From contig CAZGVF010000005.1 in the NCBI GenBank assembly GCA_964528925.1, forward strand, positions 1 through 33,039: DNA of 33,039 bases. The letters run 5' to 3'. The DNA comes from an uncultured Paludibacteraceae bacterium. Its GTDB lineage: Bacteria; Bacteroidota; Bacteroidia; Bacteroidales; Paludibacteraceae. A program made the position numbers and the translations under genes. The notes beneath the pieces were generated by a model, which saw only the letters and a program-made list of their open reading frames with translations, was not told the DNA's origin and made no database searches. The first letter of the stretch is position 1. Each line of letters begins with the position of its first letter. Below, piece after piece: positions 19,959-31,500 of the stretch.

Positions 19959-20040
19959 GGGTAGTTTCCAGAGTGGCCAAATGGGGCAGACTGTAAATCT
20001 GCTGCGTCTCGCTTCGGTGGTTCGAATCCATCACTACCCA
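19959..20040 (+). tRNA. tRNA-Tyr (anticodon GUA)
   Basis: Acceptor gggtagt/actaccc, anticodon arm gcaga-ctGTAaa-tctgc, long variable arm, T-loop ttcgaat. 82 nt. Confidence 0.92.
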
Positions 20041-20048
20041 CAATTTTT

Positions 20049-20121
20049 GCGGAAATAGCTCAGTCGATAGAGCACTAGCCTTCCAAGCTGGGGGTCGCGG
20101 GTTTGAGTCCCGTTTTCCGCT
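20049..20121 (+). tRNA. tRNA-Gly (anticodon UCC)
   Basis: Acceptor gcggaaa/tttccgc, anticodon arm ctagc-ctTCCaa-gctgg, T-loop tttgagt. 73 nt. Confidence 0.92.
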
Positions 20122-20136
20122 CACAAAAAAACTTTT

Positions 20137-20208
<72 letters not shown>

Positions 20209-20251
20209 CTTTTTTATAGGACATTAATTAACATTTTAACATTTTTGAGTT

Positions 20252-21445
20252 ATGGCAAAAGAAAAATTTGAACGTACCAAACCTCACGTAAACATTGGTA
20301 CAATCGGTCACGTCGACCACGGTAAAACGACTCTGACTGCCGCTATCTCGAAAGTGCTCCACGAGCGCGGTTTCGGTAGCGAAGAGGTTAAATCGTTCGA
20401 CCAAATCGACAACGCTCCCGAAGAGAAAGAGCGCGGTATCACCATCAACACCGCACACATCGAGTATGAAACTGCTAACCGTCACTATGCTCACGTTGAC
20501 TGCCCAGGTCACGCTGACTATGTTAAAAACATGGTAACTGGTGCTGCTCAGATGGACGGTGCTATCATCGTAGTTGCTGCAACCGACGGTCCAATGCCTC
20601 AAACGCGCGAACACATTCTGTTGGCTCGTCAGGTGAACGTTCCTCGCTTGGTTGTGTTCATGAACAAATGCGATATGGTTGACGACCCAGAAATGCTCGA
20701 CCTCGTTGAGATGGAAATGCGCGAACTCCTTTCGTTCTACGAATTCGATGGCGACAACACTCCTATCATCCGCGGCTCGGCTCTTGGCGCACTGAATGGC
20801 GTTAAAGAATGGGAAGACAAAGTAATGGAACTGATGGACGCTGTCGACAACTGGATTCAACTCCCTGTCCGCGACGTTGATAAACCGTTCCTGATGCCTG
20901 TCGAAGACGTATTCTCGATCACTGGTCGTGGCACTGTTGCTACTGGTCGTATCGAAACTGGCGTTGTTAAAGTAGGCGACGAAGTACAAATCATCGGTCT
21001 TGGTGCTGATGGCAAAAAATCGGTTGTTACCGGTGTCGAGATGTTCCGCAAACTGCTGGACGAAGGCGAAGCTGGCGATAACGTAGGTCTGCTGCTCCGT
21101 GGTATCGACAAAGACGAGGTTAAACGTGGTATGGTTATCACACACCCGGGTACTGTTAAACCTCACTCTGAGTTCAAGGCTTCGGTTTATATCCTGAAGA
21201 AAGAGGAAGGTGGTCGTCACACTCCATTCCACAACCACTATCGTCCACAATTCTACATCCGCACGCTCGATGTAACTGGCGAAATCACTCTTCCAGAAGG
21301 AACTGAGATGGTAATGCCGGGCGATAACTTGGAAATCTCGGTTAAACTGATCTACCCAGTTGCTTGCTCTGAGGGTCTTCGCTTCGCTATCCGTGAAGGT
21401 GGCCGCACAGTAGGTTCGGGTCAAATCACGAAACTGCTCGACTAA
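20252..21445 (+). CDS. tuf: Elongation factor Tu
   Basis: 397 aa. [18 protein letters not shown] and NKCD GTPase motifs are present. It is near-identical in pattern to Bacteroidales EF-Tu. Confidence 0.99.
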   Translation: MAKEKFERTKPHVNIGTIGHVDHGKTTLTAAISKVLHERGFGSEEVKSFDQIDNAPEEKERGITINTAHIEYETANRHYAHVDCPGHADYVKNMVTGAAQMDGAIIVVAATDGPMPQTREHILLARQVNVPRLVVFMNKCDMVDDPEMLDLVEMEMRELLSFYEFDGDNTPIIRGSALGALNGVKEWEDKVMELMDAVDNWIQLPVRDVDKPFLMPVEDVFSITGRGTVATGRIETGVVKVGDEVQIIGLGADGKKSVVTGVEMFRKLLDEGEAGDNVGLLLRGIDKDEVKRGMVITHPGTVKPHSEFKASVYILKKEEGGRHTPFHNHYRPQFYIRTLDVTGEITLPEGTEMVMPGDNLEISVKLIYPVACSEGLRFAIREGGRTVGSGQITKLLD

Positions 21446-21469
21446 TCTAAAGAAGTCGTAACCAAAAAA

Positions 21470-21496
21470 AGCGGGGTAGGCTAGTCCTGCTCCGCT
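21470..21496 (+). other. Stem-loop between tuf and tRNA-Trp
   Basis: 11-bp stem agcggggtagg / cctgctccgct (two G-U pairs) with loop ctagt. It is preceded by A7 and has no downstream T-tract. Confidence 0.45.
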
Positions 21497-21500
21497 ATAT

Positions 21501-21573
21501 ACGGAAGTAGCTCAGTTGGTAGAGCACTGGTCTCCAAAACCAGGTGTCGGGAGTTCGAGCCTCTCCTTCCGTG
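21501..21573 (+). tRNA. tRNA-Trp (anticodon CCA)
   Basis: Acceptor acggaag/cttccgt, anticodon arm ctggt-ctCCAaa-accag, T-loop ttcgagc. 73 nt. Confidence 0.92.
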
Positions 21574-21590
21574 CAAAATCTATTTGCAAT

Positions 21591-21782
21591 ATGAAACTCA
21601 TCAATTATTTCAAAGAGTCCTATCAGGAACTTGTCCACAAGACCTCGTGGCCTACGCGGCAAGAACTGACCAACAGTGCAGTAGTTGTTTTAATTGCTTC
21701 CCTAGTTATTGCACTAGTAGTTTGGTTTATGGACTTTTGCTTTGAGAACCTCATGACTTTCATTTACACCAAAGTACTCTAA
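21591..21782 (+). CDS. secE: Preprotein translocase subunit SecE
   Basis: 63 aa from the ATG at 21591, with a single C-terminal TM helix (AVVVLIASLVIALVVWFMDF). It sits in the conserved position between tRNA-Trp and nusG. The longer track ORF (21516) would overlap the tRNA. Confidence 0.9.
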   Translation: MKLINYFKESYQELVHKTSWPTRQELTNSAVVVLIASLVIALVVWFMDFCFENLMTFIYTKVL

Positions 21783-21803
21783 TTTTTCAGGAGGATTTTA
21801 GCG

Positions 21804-22358
21804 ATGGCAGAGTCGGAGGATTTCAAGTGGTATGTGCTTACGGCCATCAGTGGCAAAGAGAACAAAGTGAAGGAATATGCTGAAGCAGAATGCCGCACTT
21901 CGGACTTGGGTCTCACTGTGAAACAGGTTTTGATACCTATGGAGAAGTACTACCAAGTGATCAAAGGAAAGAGAGTTACCAAAGAACGCAACTATTTACC
22001 TGGCTATGTCTTGGTCGAAGCCAAAATGACGCGCGAAACGATGGGACGCTTGCGTAACATTCCGAACGTGCTTGGATTTTTGGGCGAGACCCGTGGCGGT
22101 AAACCATTAGCAATGCGCCCGGCGGAGGTATCGAAAATTCTCGGTGCACTCGACGAGCAGCAGAGCGAAGGCGAAGAAGCCGTGGTCGTGCCTTACAGCG
22201 TTGGCGAAAACGTGAAGGTGAATGCAGGTCCGTTCGCTGGTTTCTCGGGTGTCATCGAAGAGGTGAGCAACGAGAGAAAGAAACTCAAAGTGATGGTAAC
22301 AATCTTCGGGCGCAAAACGCCGCTCGAACTTGGTTTCATGCAAGTGGAGAAGGAGTAA
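21804..22358 (+). CDS. nusG: Transcription termination/antitermination factor NusG
   Basis: 184 aa. NGN domain (WYVLTAISGKENKV) plus KOW motif (VGENVKVNAGPFAGFSGVIEEV). Confidence 0.97.
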   Translation: MAESEDFKWYVLTAISGKENKVKEYAEAECRTSDLGLTVKQVLIPMEKYYQVIKGKRVTKERNYLPGYVLVEAKMTRETMGRLRNIPNVLGFLGETRGGKPLAMRPAEVSKILGALDEQQSEGEEAVVVPYSVGENVKVNAGPFAGFSGVIEEVSNERKKLKVMVTIFGRKTPLELGFMQVEKE

Positions 22359-22417
22359 CAAGCGAGGTTACGCGCGCAAGGTTGCTCAAAATTCATTAAC
22401 AACAAAATCTTAAAATT

Positions 22418-22861
22418 ATGGCTAAAGAAGTTGCTGGACTTATCAAATTGCAAATCAAAGGTGGTGCGGCTAACCCGTCGCCTCCGGTTGGTCCTGCGTT
22501 GGGCTCGAAGGGCATCAACATTATGGATTTTTGCAAGCAATTCAATGCCAGAACCCAAGACAAAGCAGGTAAAATCCTGCCTGTTGTTATCACGTATTAT
22601 GCAGACAAGTCGTTTACATTTGTCGTTAAAACGCCTCCAGTAGCCATTCAACTGCTCGAAGCGTCGAAGGTAAAAGGTGGATCGGCCGAGCCGAACCGCA
22701 AAAAAGTGGCTGAAATCACTTGGGATCAGGTGAAAGCCATTGCCGAAGACAAAATGCCAGACTTGAACTGTTTCACAGTAGCATCGGCCATGCGTATGGT
22801 GGCTGGCACTGCTCGTAGCATGGGTATTGCCGTAAAAGGCGAATTTCCCGCAAATGTTTAA
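22418..22861 (+). CDS. rplK: 50S ribosomal protein L11
   Basis: 147 aa. [21 protein letters not shown] is the uL11 signature. Confidence 0.98.
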   Translation: MAKEVAGLIKLQIKGGAANPSPPVGPALGSKGINIMDFCKQFNARTQDKAGKILPVVITYYADKSFTFVVKTPPVAIQLLEASKVKGGSAEPNRKKVAEITWDQVKAIAEDKMPDLNCFTVASAMRMVAGTARSMGIAVKGEFPANV

Positions 22862-22882
22862 CATTAAAACTTCAATTGAGAA

Positions 22883-23581
22883 ATGAGTAAACTTACAAAA
22901 AGTCAAAAGTTGGCTGCAGAGAAGATTGAAGCAGGGAAAGCGTATACTCTCGACGAAGCGGCAAAATTGGTGAAAGAGATTACTACCACCAAATTTGATG
23001 CCTCTGTGGATATTGACGTGCGTCTGGGCGTTGACCCACGCAAAGCGAATCAGATGGTTCGTGGCGTAGTGTCGCTGCCTAACGGAACAGGTAAACAAGT
23101 AAGGGTTCTTGCGTTGTGCACCCCCGACAAAGAGGCCGAGGCGAAAGCTGCAGGTGCTGACTATGTCGGACTCGATGAATACATCGAAAAGATTAAAGGT
23201 GGCTGGACCGATATCGATGTCATCATTACGATGCCTTCGGTGATGGGCAAAATTGGCGCACTGGGTCGTGTACTCGGTCCGCGTGGTTTGATGCCTAACC
23301 CAAAGAGTGGCACCGTTACGATGGAGATTGGCAAAGCCGTTGCCGAGGTGAAACAAGGTAAAATCGACTTCAAAGTCGACAAAGCCGGTATCATTCATAC
23401 CTCGATAGGCAAAGCTTCGTTTACGGCTGAGAAGATTGTTGAAAACGCTCGTGCGTTCATCAACACCATCATCAAGCTGAAACCATCGTCGGCCAAAGGC
23501 ACTTATGTGAAGAGCATTTATCTTTCGAGCACTATGAGTCGCGGAATCAAAATCGATACCAAAACTATCGATGAAAAGTAA
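22883..23581 (+). CDS. rplA: 50S ribosomal protein L1
   Basis: 232 aa. [25 protein letters not shown] and [10 protein letters not shown] are uL1 motifs. Confidence 0.98.
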   Translation: MSKLTKSQKLAAEKIEAGKAYTLDEAAKLVKEITTTKFDASVDIDVRLGVDPRKANQMVRGVVSLPNGTGKQVRVLALCTPDKEAEAKAAGADYVGLDEYIEKIKGGWTDIDVIITMPSVMGKIGALGRVLGPRGLMPNPKSGTVTMEIGKAVAEVKQGKIDFKVDKAGIIHTSIGKASFTAEKIVENARAFINTIIKLKPSSAKGTYVKSIYLSSTMSRGIKIDTKTIDEK

Positions 23582-23597
23582 ACAAGGAGACTAAAGT

Positions 23598-24113
23598 ATG
23601 AAAAAGGAAGATAAAGCGATAATCATCGAGCAACTTAGCGAAACTCTGAAGTCGTACAGCCATTTTTACATGACTGAGGCTCAAGGTTTGAATGCCGAGC
23701 AGGTGAGCAATCTCCGTCGCCTTTGCAACAAGCAAGAGGTGAAGATGGTGGTTGTGAAAAACACCCTGTTCAGAAAAGCTTTGGAGGCCAACGGTATTGA
23801 TGCCGCTCCTCTAGCTCCTGCATTCAAAGAGAACACGGCTGTGCTTTTCTCGAACACTGGTAATGCGCCTGCTAAACTCATCAAAGAGTTCAGCAAAACG
23901 GCTGCAAAACCTGTTCTGAAGGCTGCATACGTGGAAGAGAGTTACTACGTAGGTGCTGATCAACTTGACACTCTTGTTGCTATCAAGAGCAAGAACGAAC
24001 TTATTGCCGACGTTATTGCACTGTTGCAATCGCCAGCGAAGAACGTTCTGTCCGCCCTCCAATCTGGAGGCTCTACGATTCATGGCGTGCTTAAAACACT
24101 CTCTGAACGTTAA
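23598..24113 (+). CDS. rplJ: 50S ribosomal protein L10
   Basis: 171 aa. It sits between rplA and rplL and has the uL10 pattern (LRRLCNKQEVKMVVVKNTL). Confidence 0.97.
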   Translation: MKKEDKAIIIEQLSETLKSYSHFYMTEAQGLNAEQVSNLRRLCNKQEVKMVVVKNTLFRKALEANGIDAAPLAPAFKENTAVLFSNTGNAPAKLIKEFSKTAAKPVLKAAYVEESYYVGADQLDTLVAIKSKNELIADVIALLQSPAKNVLSALQSGGSTIHGVLKTLSER

Positions 24114-24158
24114 TTATCAACAAAAACAAAATTACAAACAAATAAAAAATTTATTACA

Positions 24159-24533
24159 ATGGCAGATTTGAAAGCTTTTGCAGAACAATTGGTTAACCTT
24201 ACAGTAAAAGAAGTAAATGAGTTGGCCGAAATTTTGAAAAACGAATACGGTATTGAACCCGCTGCAGCCGCTGTTGCTGTTGCTGCTGGTCCTGCTGCTG
24301 GTGCTCCTGCTGCAGAGGAAAAAACATCGTTTGATGTTGTCCTGAAATCGGCTGGTGCAAACAAACTGCAAATCGTTAAGCTTGTGAAAGAGCTGACTGG
24401 TCTGGGTTTGAAAGAGGCTAAAGATATCGTAGACGCTGCTCCTGCTGCTATCAAAGAAGGCGTTGCTAAAGAAGAGGCAGAATCTTTGAAAAAGCAATTG
24501 ACCGAAGCAGGTGCAGAAGTTGAACTTAAGTAA
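24159..24533 (+). CDS. rplL: 50S ribosomal protein L7/L12
   Basis: 124 aa with an Ala/Pro hinge. The C-terminal domain has [24 protein letters not shown]. Confidence 0.98.
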   Translation: MADLKAFAEQLVNLTVKEVNELAEILKNEYGIEPAAAAVAVAAGPAAGAPAAEEKTSFDVVLKSAGANKLQIVKLVKELTGLGLKEAKDIVDAAPAAIKEGVAKEEAESLKKQLTEAGAEVELK

Positions 24534-24562
24534 CTCTAACAACCTGATTTTCAGGCAAAAGT

Positions 24563-24600
24563 GGTTTAGAATCCCGGCAAAACGGGACTCTAAACCTTTT
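24563..24600 (+). terminator. rplL-rpoB intercistronic attenuator hairpin
   Basis: 14-position stem ggtttagaatcccg / cgggactctaaacc (one A-C mismatch) with loop gcaaaa, followed by TTTT. It is at the position of the partial terminator known between rplL and rpoB in other bacteria. Confidence 0.7.
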
Positions 24601-24641
24601 CATGTATAAAAAAAATAAGTTCAACAAATACATCAAAATAA

Positions 24642-27600
24642 ATGTCTTCAACTACTGAAAATCAAAGAATTAGCTTCGCTACCATCAAAAATCAGTTGGC
24701 CTATCCCGACTTTTTGGAAGTGCAGCTAAAATCATTTCAAGATTTTTTCCAACTGGACACCGCTCCAGAGAATAGGAAAAAAGAGGGTCTGTATCGTGTG
24801 TTTTCCGAGAATTTCCCAATTTCGGACACGCGCAACAACTTCACCCTCGAGTTTCTTGATTATTACATCGACCCACCGCGCTACACTATAGATGAGTGTA
24901 TCCGTCGCGGATTGACCTACAGTGTGCCGCTGAAGGCCAAGCTCAAACTCTATTGCACCGATCCTGATCACGAGGATTTCGATACCGTGATTCAAGATGT
25001 ATTCTTGGGTTCGATTCCTTACATGACCTCGAAAGGAACATTCGTCATCAATGGTGCTGAACGCGTCATCGTGTCGCAACTGCACCGTTCGCCAGGCGTA
25101 TTCTTCGGTTCGAGCATTCATGCTAACGGCACTAAACTTTACTCGGCGCGTATCATTCCTTTCCGCGGCTCGTGGATTGAGTTTGCTACCGACATCAATG
25201 GCGTGATGTACGCTTACATCGACCGCAAAAAGAAATTGCCGGTTACCACACTGTTGCGCGCCATCGGCTTCGAAAGCGACAAAGACATTTTGGAAGCATT
25301 CGGACTGGCCGAAGAGGTGAAAGTGAACAAAGCAAATCTGAAAAAATACATCGGACGCAAATTGGCCGTGCGTGTGCTGAAAACATGGACGGAGGATTTT
25401 GTGGACGAAGACACTGGCGAGGTTTCGAGCGTTTCGCGTTCGAAAGTGCTGGTCGACCGCGAGGTGGCCATTGACGCCAGCAACATCGAAGATATTATCG
25501 ATTCGGGTAATGCCACTGTGCTGCTCCACAAAGAGGAGCCGGGCATCGACGATTTTGCGATTATCTACAACACGCTGCAAAAAGACCCAACCAACAACGA
25601 GTTGGAAGCCGTGCAGCACATCTATCGTCAACTGCGCAACGCTGAGCCTGCCGATGACGCTTCGGCTCGCGAATTGGTCAACGGACTTTTCTTCTCGGAG
25701 AAACGTTACGACCTTGGCGAAGTTGGTCGTTTCCGCATCAACCGCAAACTTTTCAACGGCAAGACGGACAACATTGATGTGCATGTGTTGGAGCAGGAGG
25801 ACATTATCGCCATCATCAAATACCTGATTCAGCTCATCAACTCGAAAGTGGAGGTGGACGACATCGACCACTTGAGCAACCGCCGTGTGCGCACGGTAGG
25901 CGAGCAACTCTATCAGCAGTTCAACATTGGCTTGGCTCGTATGAACCGCACCATTCGCGAGCGCATGAATGTGCGCGACAACGAGGTGTTCACGCCAATC
26001 GACCTGATAAACGCTAAGACGATTGCATCGGTCATCAACTCGTACTTTGGCACCAACGCCTTGTCGCAGTTTATGGACCAAACCAACCCGCTGGCCGAAA
26101 TCACCCACAAGCGCCGTCTGTCGGCCCTTGGCCCTGGTGGTTTGAGCCGCGACCGCGCTGGTTTCGAGGTGCGCGACGTACACTACACGCACTACGGTCG
26201 TCTTTGCCCAATCGAGACTCCTGAAGGACCAAACATCGGTCTGATTTCGTCGCTTTGCGTTTATGCTAAGATCAACGACCTTGGATTCATCGAAACGCCT
26301 TATCGCAAGGTGAAAGATGGTCAAGTCGATATGTCGGACGAAGGCATTGTTTACCTGACTGCCGAAGACGAAGAGAATCAGATTATCGCACAAGGTAACG
26401 CCTTGCTCGACGATGAAGGTCGTTTCATTCGTAAGAAAATTAAATCGCGTCAAGAGGCTGACTTCCCGTTGGTTGAGCCAGAGCGCATCAACCTGATGGA
26501 TGTGGCTCCGCAACAGATTGCCTCTATCGCTGCTGCCTTGATTCCGTTCCTCGAACACGACGATGCTAACCGTGCGTTGATGGGTTCGAACATGATGCGG
26601 CAGGCCGTGCCGTTGTTGCGCCCTGAAGCACCAATCGTCGGAACAGGTATCGAACGCCAATTGGTGCGCGACTCGCGTACGCAGATTATGGCCGAAGGCG
26701 ATGGCGTGGTAGAATTTGTCGATGCAAGCGTTATTCGCATTCGCTACGACCGCACCGAAGAACAAGAGTTTGCAAGTTTCGAATCGCCTGTGAAGGAGTA
26801 CAAATTGCCAAAATTTGTGCGTACCAACCAAGATACGACCATCGACTTGCGCCCGATTGTTCACAAGGGCGACCGCGTAACGCGCGATCAAATTTTGACC
26901 GAAGGTTATTCGAGCCAAAATGGCGAATTGGCCTTGGGTCGCAACTTGAAAGTGGCTTACATGCCGTGGAAAGGTTACAACTACGAAGATGCTATTGTGA
27001 TTAGTGAACGTGTGGTTCGTGAAGACATTTACACATCGGTTCACGTGAGCGAATATAGCCTCGAAGTACGCGATACCAAACGCGGTATGGAGGAACTCAC
27101 CTCGGATATTCCGAATGTGAGCGAAGACGCTACAAAGAATCTTGACGAAAACGGTATCATTCGCATCGGTGCGCATGTTATTCCGGGCGACATTTTGATA
27201 GGCAAAATCACCCCGAAAGGCGAAACCGATCCGACACCAGAAGAGAAACTGCTGCGTGCCATCTTTGGCGACAAGGCTGGCGATGTGAAAGACGCTTCGC
27301 TGAAGGCTTCGCCGTCGCTGCGTGGCGTAGTGATTGGTCGTGAACTCTATGCTAAAGCACAAAGCTCGCGCAAAACGCGCAATAGCGACAAAGAGATTCT
27401 GGCAAAACTCGATGCCGATTTCGAGAAAGAGACAACTGAACTGAAGGAAAAACTCGTCGAGAAACTGATTACCATTGTCAGCGGCAAAACATCGCAAGGT
27501 GTGAAAGACTTCTGCGGTGGCGACGTCATTCCAAAAGGACAGAAATTCACTCAAAAGTGGCTGAATAGCGTTGATTACAACACCGTTCAACTGCAAAAAT

Positions 27601-28460
27601 GGACAACCGACGAACACAAAAATAGTCTGATTCGCGACATCGTGATGAACTACTTGCGCAAATACAAAGAGGCTGATGCCCGCTTGAAACGCGAGAAATT
27701 CAACATCACGATAGGCGACGATCTGCCATCGGGAATTGTTCAACTTGCCAAGGTTTACATCGCTAAGAAGCGCAAAATCCGCGTGGGCGATAAAATGGCA
27801 GGTCGCCATGGTAACAAAGGTATTGTGTCGAAGATTGTGAGCGACGAAGATATGCCATTCCTTGCCGATGGCACGCCAGTCGACATTGTTCTGAACCCGC
27901 TGGGCGTACCTTCGCGTATGAACCTCGGTCAGATTTTCGAGGCTGTGCTTGGCTGGGCTGGTAAGGAACTCGGTGTGAAATTTGCAACGCCAATTTTCGA
28001 CGGTGCCACGCTCGACGACCTGAACACTTGGTGCGACAAAGCGGGCGTTCCTCGCTACGGCAAAACCTATCTTTACGATGGTGGCACCGGCGAGCGCTTC
28101 GACCAACCTGCTACGGTGGGCGTAACCTACTTCTTGAAACTGGGTCACATGGTTGAGGATAAGATGCACGCTCGTTCAATCGGTCCATACTCGCTCATCA
28201 CGCAACAACCTCTTGGCGGTAAAGCGCAATTCGGTGGTCAGCGTTTCGGTGAGATGGAGGTTTGGGCGCTCGAGGCATTCGGCGCATCGTACATTCTGCA
28301 AGAGATTTTGACTGTGAAGTCGGACGATGTAAACGGTCGTGCTCGTGCATACGAAGCCATTGTGAAAGGCGAACCGATGCCAACGGCTGGCATTCCAGAA
28401 TCGTTGAACGTGTTGCTACACGAATTGAGAGGTTTGGGTTTGAGCGTTACCCTCGAGTAA
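24642..28460 (+). CDS. rpoB: DNA-directed RNA polymerase subunit beta
   Basis: 1272 aa with conserved beta regions throughout, for example [17 protein letters not shown] and [14 protein letters not shown]. Confidence 0.99.
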   Translation: MSSTTENQRISFATIKNQLAYPDFLEVQLKSFQDFFQLDTAPENRKKEGLYRVFSENFPISDTRNNFTLEFLDYYIDPPRYTIDECIRRGLTYSVPLKAKLKLYCTDPDHEDFDTVIQDVFLGSIPYMTSKGTFVINGAERVIVSQLHRSPGVFFGSSIHANGTKLYSARIIPFRGSWIEFATDINGVMYAYIDRKKKLPVTTLLRAIGFESDKDILEAFGLAEEVKVNKANLKKYIGRKLAVRVLKTWTEDFVDEDTGEVSSVSRSKVLVDREVAIDASNIEDIIDSGNATVLLHKEEPGIDDFAIIYNTLQKDPTNNELEAVQHIYRQLRNAEPADDASARELVNGLFFSEKRYDLGEVGRFRINRKLFNGKTDNIDVHVLEQEDIIAIIKYLIQLINSKVEVDDIDHLSNRRVRTVGEQLYQQFNIGLARMNRTIRERMNVRDNEVFTPIDLINAKTIASVINSYFGTNALSQFMDQTNPLAEITHKRRLSALGPGGLSRDRAGFEVRDVHYTHYGRLCPIETPEGPNIGLISSLCVYAKINDLGFIETPYRKVKDGQVDMSDEGIVYLTAEDEENQIIAQGNALLDDEGRFIRKKIKSRQEADFPLVEPERINLMDVAPQQIASIAAALIPFLEHDDANRALMGSNMMRQAVPLLRPEAPIVGTGIERQLVRDSRTQIMAEGDGVVEFVDASVIRIRYDRTEEQEFASFESPVKEYKLPKFVRTNQDTTIDLRPIVHKGDRVTRDQILTEGYSSQNGELALGRNLKVAYMPWKGYNYEDAIVISERVVREDIYTSVHVSEYSLEVRDTKRGMEELTSDIPNVSEDATKNLDENGIIRIGAHVIPGDILIGKITPKGETDPTPEEKLLRAIFGDKAGDVKDASLKASPSLRGVVIGRELYAKAQSSRKTRNSDKEILAKLDADFEKETTELKEKLVEKLITIVSGKTSQGVKDFCGGDVIPKGQKFTQKWLNSVDYNTVQLQKWTTDEHKNSLIRDIVMNYLRKYKEADARLKREKFNITIGDDLPSGIVQLAKVYIAKKRKIRVGDKMAGRHGNKGIVSKIVSDEDMPFLADGTPVDIVLNPLGVPSRMNLGQIFEAVLGWAGKELGVKFATPIFDGATLDDLNTWCDKAGVPRYGKTYLYDGGTGERFDQPATVGVTYFLKLGHMVEDKMHARSIGPYSLITQQPLGGKAQFGGQRFGEMEVWALEAFGASYILQEILTVKSDDVNGRARAYEAIVKGEPMPTAGIPESLNVLLHELRGLGLSVTLE

Positions 28461-28512
28461 TTCGAAAGGTATCGTCGAACGAAATTTACACTATAAATTT
28501 CAAAAAAAGACT

Positions 28513-31500
28513 ATGGCATTTAAAAGAGAAAATAAAACAAAAACGAACTTCACCAAAATTTCGATCGGTCTCGCCTCGCCTGAGGAGATTCTGGCATCGT
28601 CGTATGGCGAAGTGCTGAAACCCGAAACCATCAACTACCGCACCTACAAGCCCGAACGCGATGGTCTGTTTTGCGAGCGCATTTTCGGTCCTACCAAGGA
28701 CTACGAGTGCAACTGCGGCAAATACAAACGCATTCGTTACAAAGGCATTGTGTGCGACCGCTGCGGTGTAGAGGTTACCGAAAAGAAAGTGCGCCGCGAA
28801 CGCTCTGGCCACATTCAGTTGGTTGTGCCTGTGGCTCACATCTGGTATTTCCGCTCGTTGCCAAACAAAATTGGCTACCTGCTGGGCATGCCAACCAAAA
28901 ATCTTGACGCAGTAATCTACTACGAAAAATATGTGGTGATTCAAGCAGGCGCCTTGGCCGAAATCACAGCCGAGGACGAACAGCCAGTGAAAGATGGCGA
29001 CCTGCTCGACGAGGAGCGCTACCTGAGTTTGCTCGACAAACTGCCAGCAAACAATGCGCAACTCGAAGATACCGATCCTAACAAGTTCATCGCCAAGATG
29101 GGCGCAGAAGCCATCTACGACCTGCTGTGCCGCTTGGATCTGGACAAACTGTCGTACGAACTGCGCAACAGAGCCAACACCGACTCGTCGCAACAGCGCA
29201 AAGCCGAGGCTCTGAAACGTCTGCAAGTGGTAGAATCGTTCCGCGCCGCTCGCCCGAAAAACCGTCCAGAATGGATGATTCTGAAGGTGATTCCTGTAAT
29301 TCCGCCAGAGTTGCGCCCACTGATCCCGTTGGACGGCGGTCGTTTTGCAACATCTGACCTGAACGACCTCTATCGTCGCGTAATCATTCGCAACAACCGC
29401 TTGAAACGTCTTATCGAAATTAAAGCGCCAGAAGTGATTTTGCGTAACGAAAAACGCATGCTGCAGGAGGCCGTCGATAGTCTGATCGATAACTCGCGCA
29501 AGACCACAGCCATGAAGAGCGAGGCCAATCGCCCACTGAAATCGCTGTCGGACAGTCTGAAAGGTAAACAAGGTCGTTTCCGTCAGAACTTGCTCGGTAA
29601 GCGTGTCGACTATTCGGCTCGTTCGGTAATTGTGGTTGGTCCAGAATTGAAAATGGGCGAGTGCGGTCTGCCAAAAGATATGGCTGCCGAACTCTACAAA
29701 CCGTTCATCATTCGCAAACTGATTGAGCGCGGCATTGTTAAGACCGTGAAGTCGGCCAAGAGAATTATCGACCGCAAAGATCCTGTGGTTTGGGACATCT
29801 TGGAATATGTGATGAAAGGTCACCCTGTGCTGCTCAACCGTGCTCCAACGCTGCACCGCTTGGGTATTCAGGCCTTCCAGCCGAAGATGATCGAGGGCAA
29901 AGCCATTCAATTGCACCCGCTGGCTTGTACGGCGTTCAATGCCGACTTCGACGGTGACCAGATGGCCGTGCACCTTCCATTGAGCAACGAAGCCATTCTG
30001 GAGGCTCAACTGCTCATGCTGCAGTCGCACAACATTCTGAACCCTGCCAACGGCGCACCAATCACCGTGCCTTCGCAGGATATGGTTCTGGGACTTTACT
30101 ACATCACCAAACCGCGCAAAGGCGTGAAAGGTGAAGGCATGAAATTCTATTCGCCCGAAGAGGTTGAAATAGCATACAACGAACAACAAGTCGATGTTCA
30201 CGCCATCATTTCGGTGCGTGTGCAGGATTTGGACGAAAACGGCAACTTGGTTGAACGCCTCGTCGACGAGACCACCGTTGGTCGCGTCATCGTGAACAAA
30301 TTCGTTCCGAAAGAGTGCGGCTACATCAACCAACTGATTTCGAAAAAATCGTTGCGCGACATCATCTCGTTCGTCATCGAAAAGGCTGGCGTGGCTCGTG
30401 CCGCTCAGTTCTTGGACGATATCAAAAACCTTGGTTACAAGATGGCGTTCGTTGGTGGCTTGTCGTTCAACTTGTCGGACGTTATCATTCCTGATGAAAA
30501 AGCCGAGTTGGTTCAAAAAGGTTACGACGATGTCGAGAGCATTATGAACGACTACAACATGGGCTTCATCACCAACAACGAGCGTTACAACAAGATTATC
30601 GATACTTGGACCGAGGTCAACAGCAAATTGGCTAAGGTTGTGATCGATCGTTTGGCTGCCGACCAAGACGGATTCAACTCAGTTTACATGATGTTGGATT
30701 CTGGTGCGCGTGGTTCGAAAGAGCAGATTCGTCAGCTTTCGGGTATGCGTGGTCTGATGGCGAAACCGCAAAAAGCAGGCGCTGAGGGCGGTCAAATCAT
30801 CGAGAACCCAATTTTGGCAAACTTCAAAGAGGGCTTGTCGGTGCAAGAATACTTCATCTCTACTCACGGTGCTCGTAAAGGTCTGGCCGATACCGCATTG
30901 AAGACTGCCGATGCAGGTTATCTGACCCGTCGTCTGGTCGATGTTTCGCACGATGTCATCATCAACGAAGAAGACTGCGGCACGCTGCGTGGCTTGGTTG
31001 CAACCGAGTTGAGAAATAAGGAACAAGTCGTTTCGTCGCTGTACGAAAGAATTCTTGGCCGTGTTTCGGTTCACGATATCTATCACCCACAAACGGGCGA
31101 GTTGATTGTGGCTTCGGGCGACGAAATCACCGAGAAAGAGGCTAAAATCATCGAAGAATCGCCAATCGAGCGCGTCGAAATTCGTTCGGTTCTTACCTGC
31201 GAATCGCGCCACGGTGTTTGCGCTAAGTGCTACGGACGCAACTTGGCCACGGGTCGCTTGGTAAACAAAGGCGAGGCTGTGGGCGTTATCGCTGCACAAT
31301 CAATCGGTGAGCCTGGTACTCAGTTGACTCTGCGTACGTTCCACGTCGGTGGTGTGGCTTCGAACATTGCTGCCGAATCGAGCATGGTTTCGCACTACGA
31401 TGGTATCTTGGAGATTGACGAACTGCGTACCGTTCGCGCCAAAGACGCATCGGGCAACGAATACGATGTGGTTGTAAGCCGTCAGGCCGAGGCGCGCATT

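Noticed and set aside
24732-28169. 1145-aa ORF antisense to rpoB. There are similar long antisense ORFs at 28486-30666, 30679-31299 and 31300-32433 (rpoC), 20228-21424 (tuf), 227-1162 (serS), 5668-6936 and 7114-7986, 8283-9164 and 9243-9941, 10418-11560, 11611-12378, 16455-17198, 17620-18123 and 22193-23398.
   Set aside because: Every one shares codon boundaries with the sense gene (same coordinate modulo 3). They stay open only because the sense genes avoid TTA/CTA/TCA. Their translations are low-complexity and match no family I recognise. The sense genes are universally conserved proteins. These are shadow ORFs, not overlapping genes.
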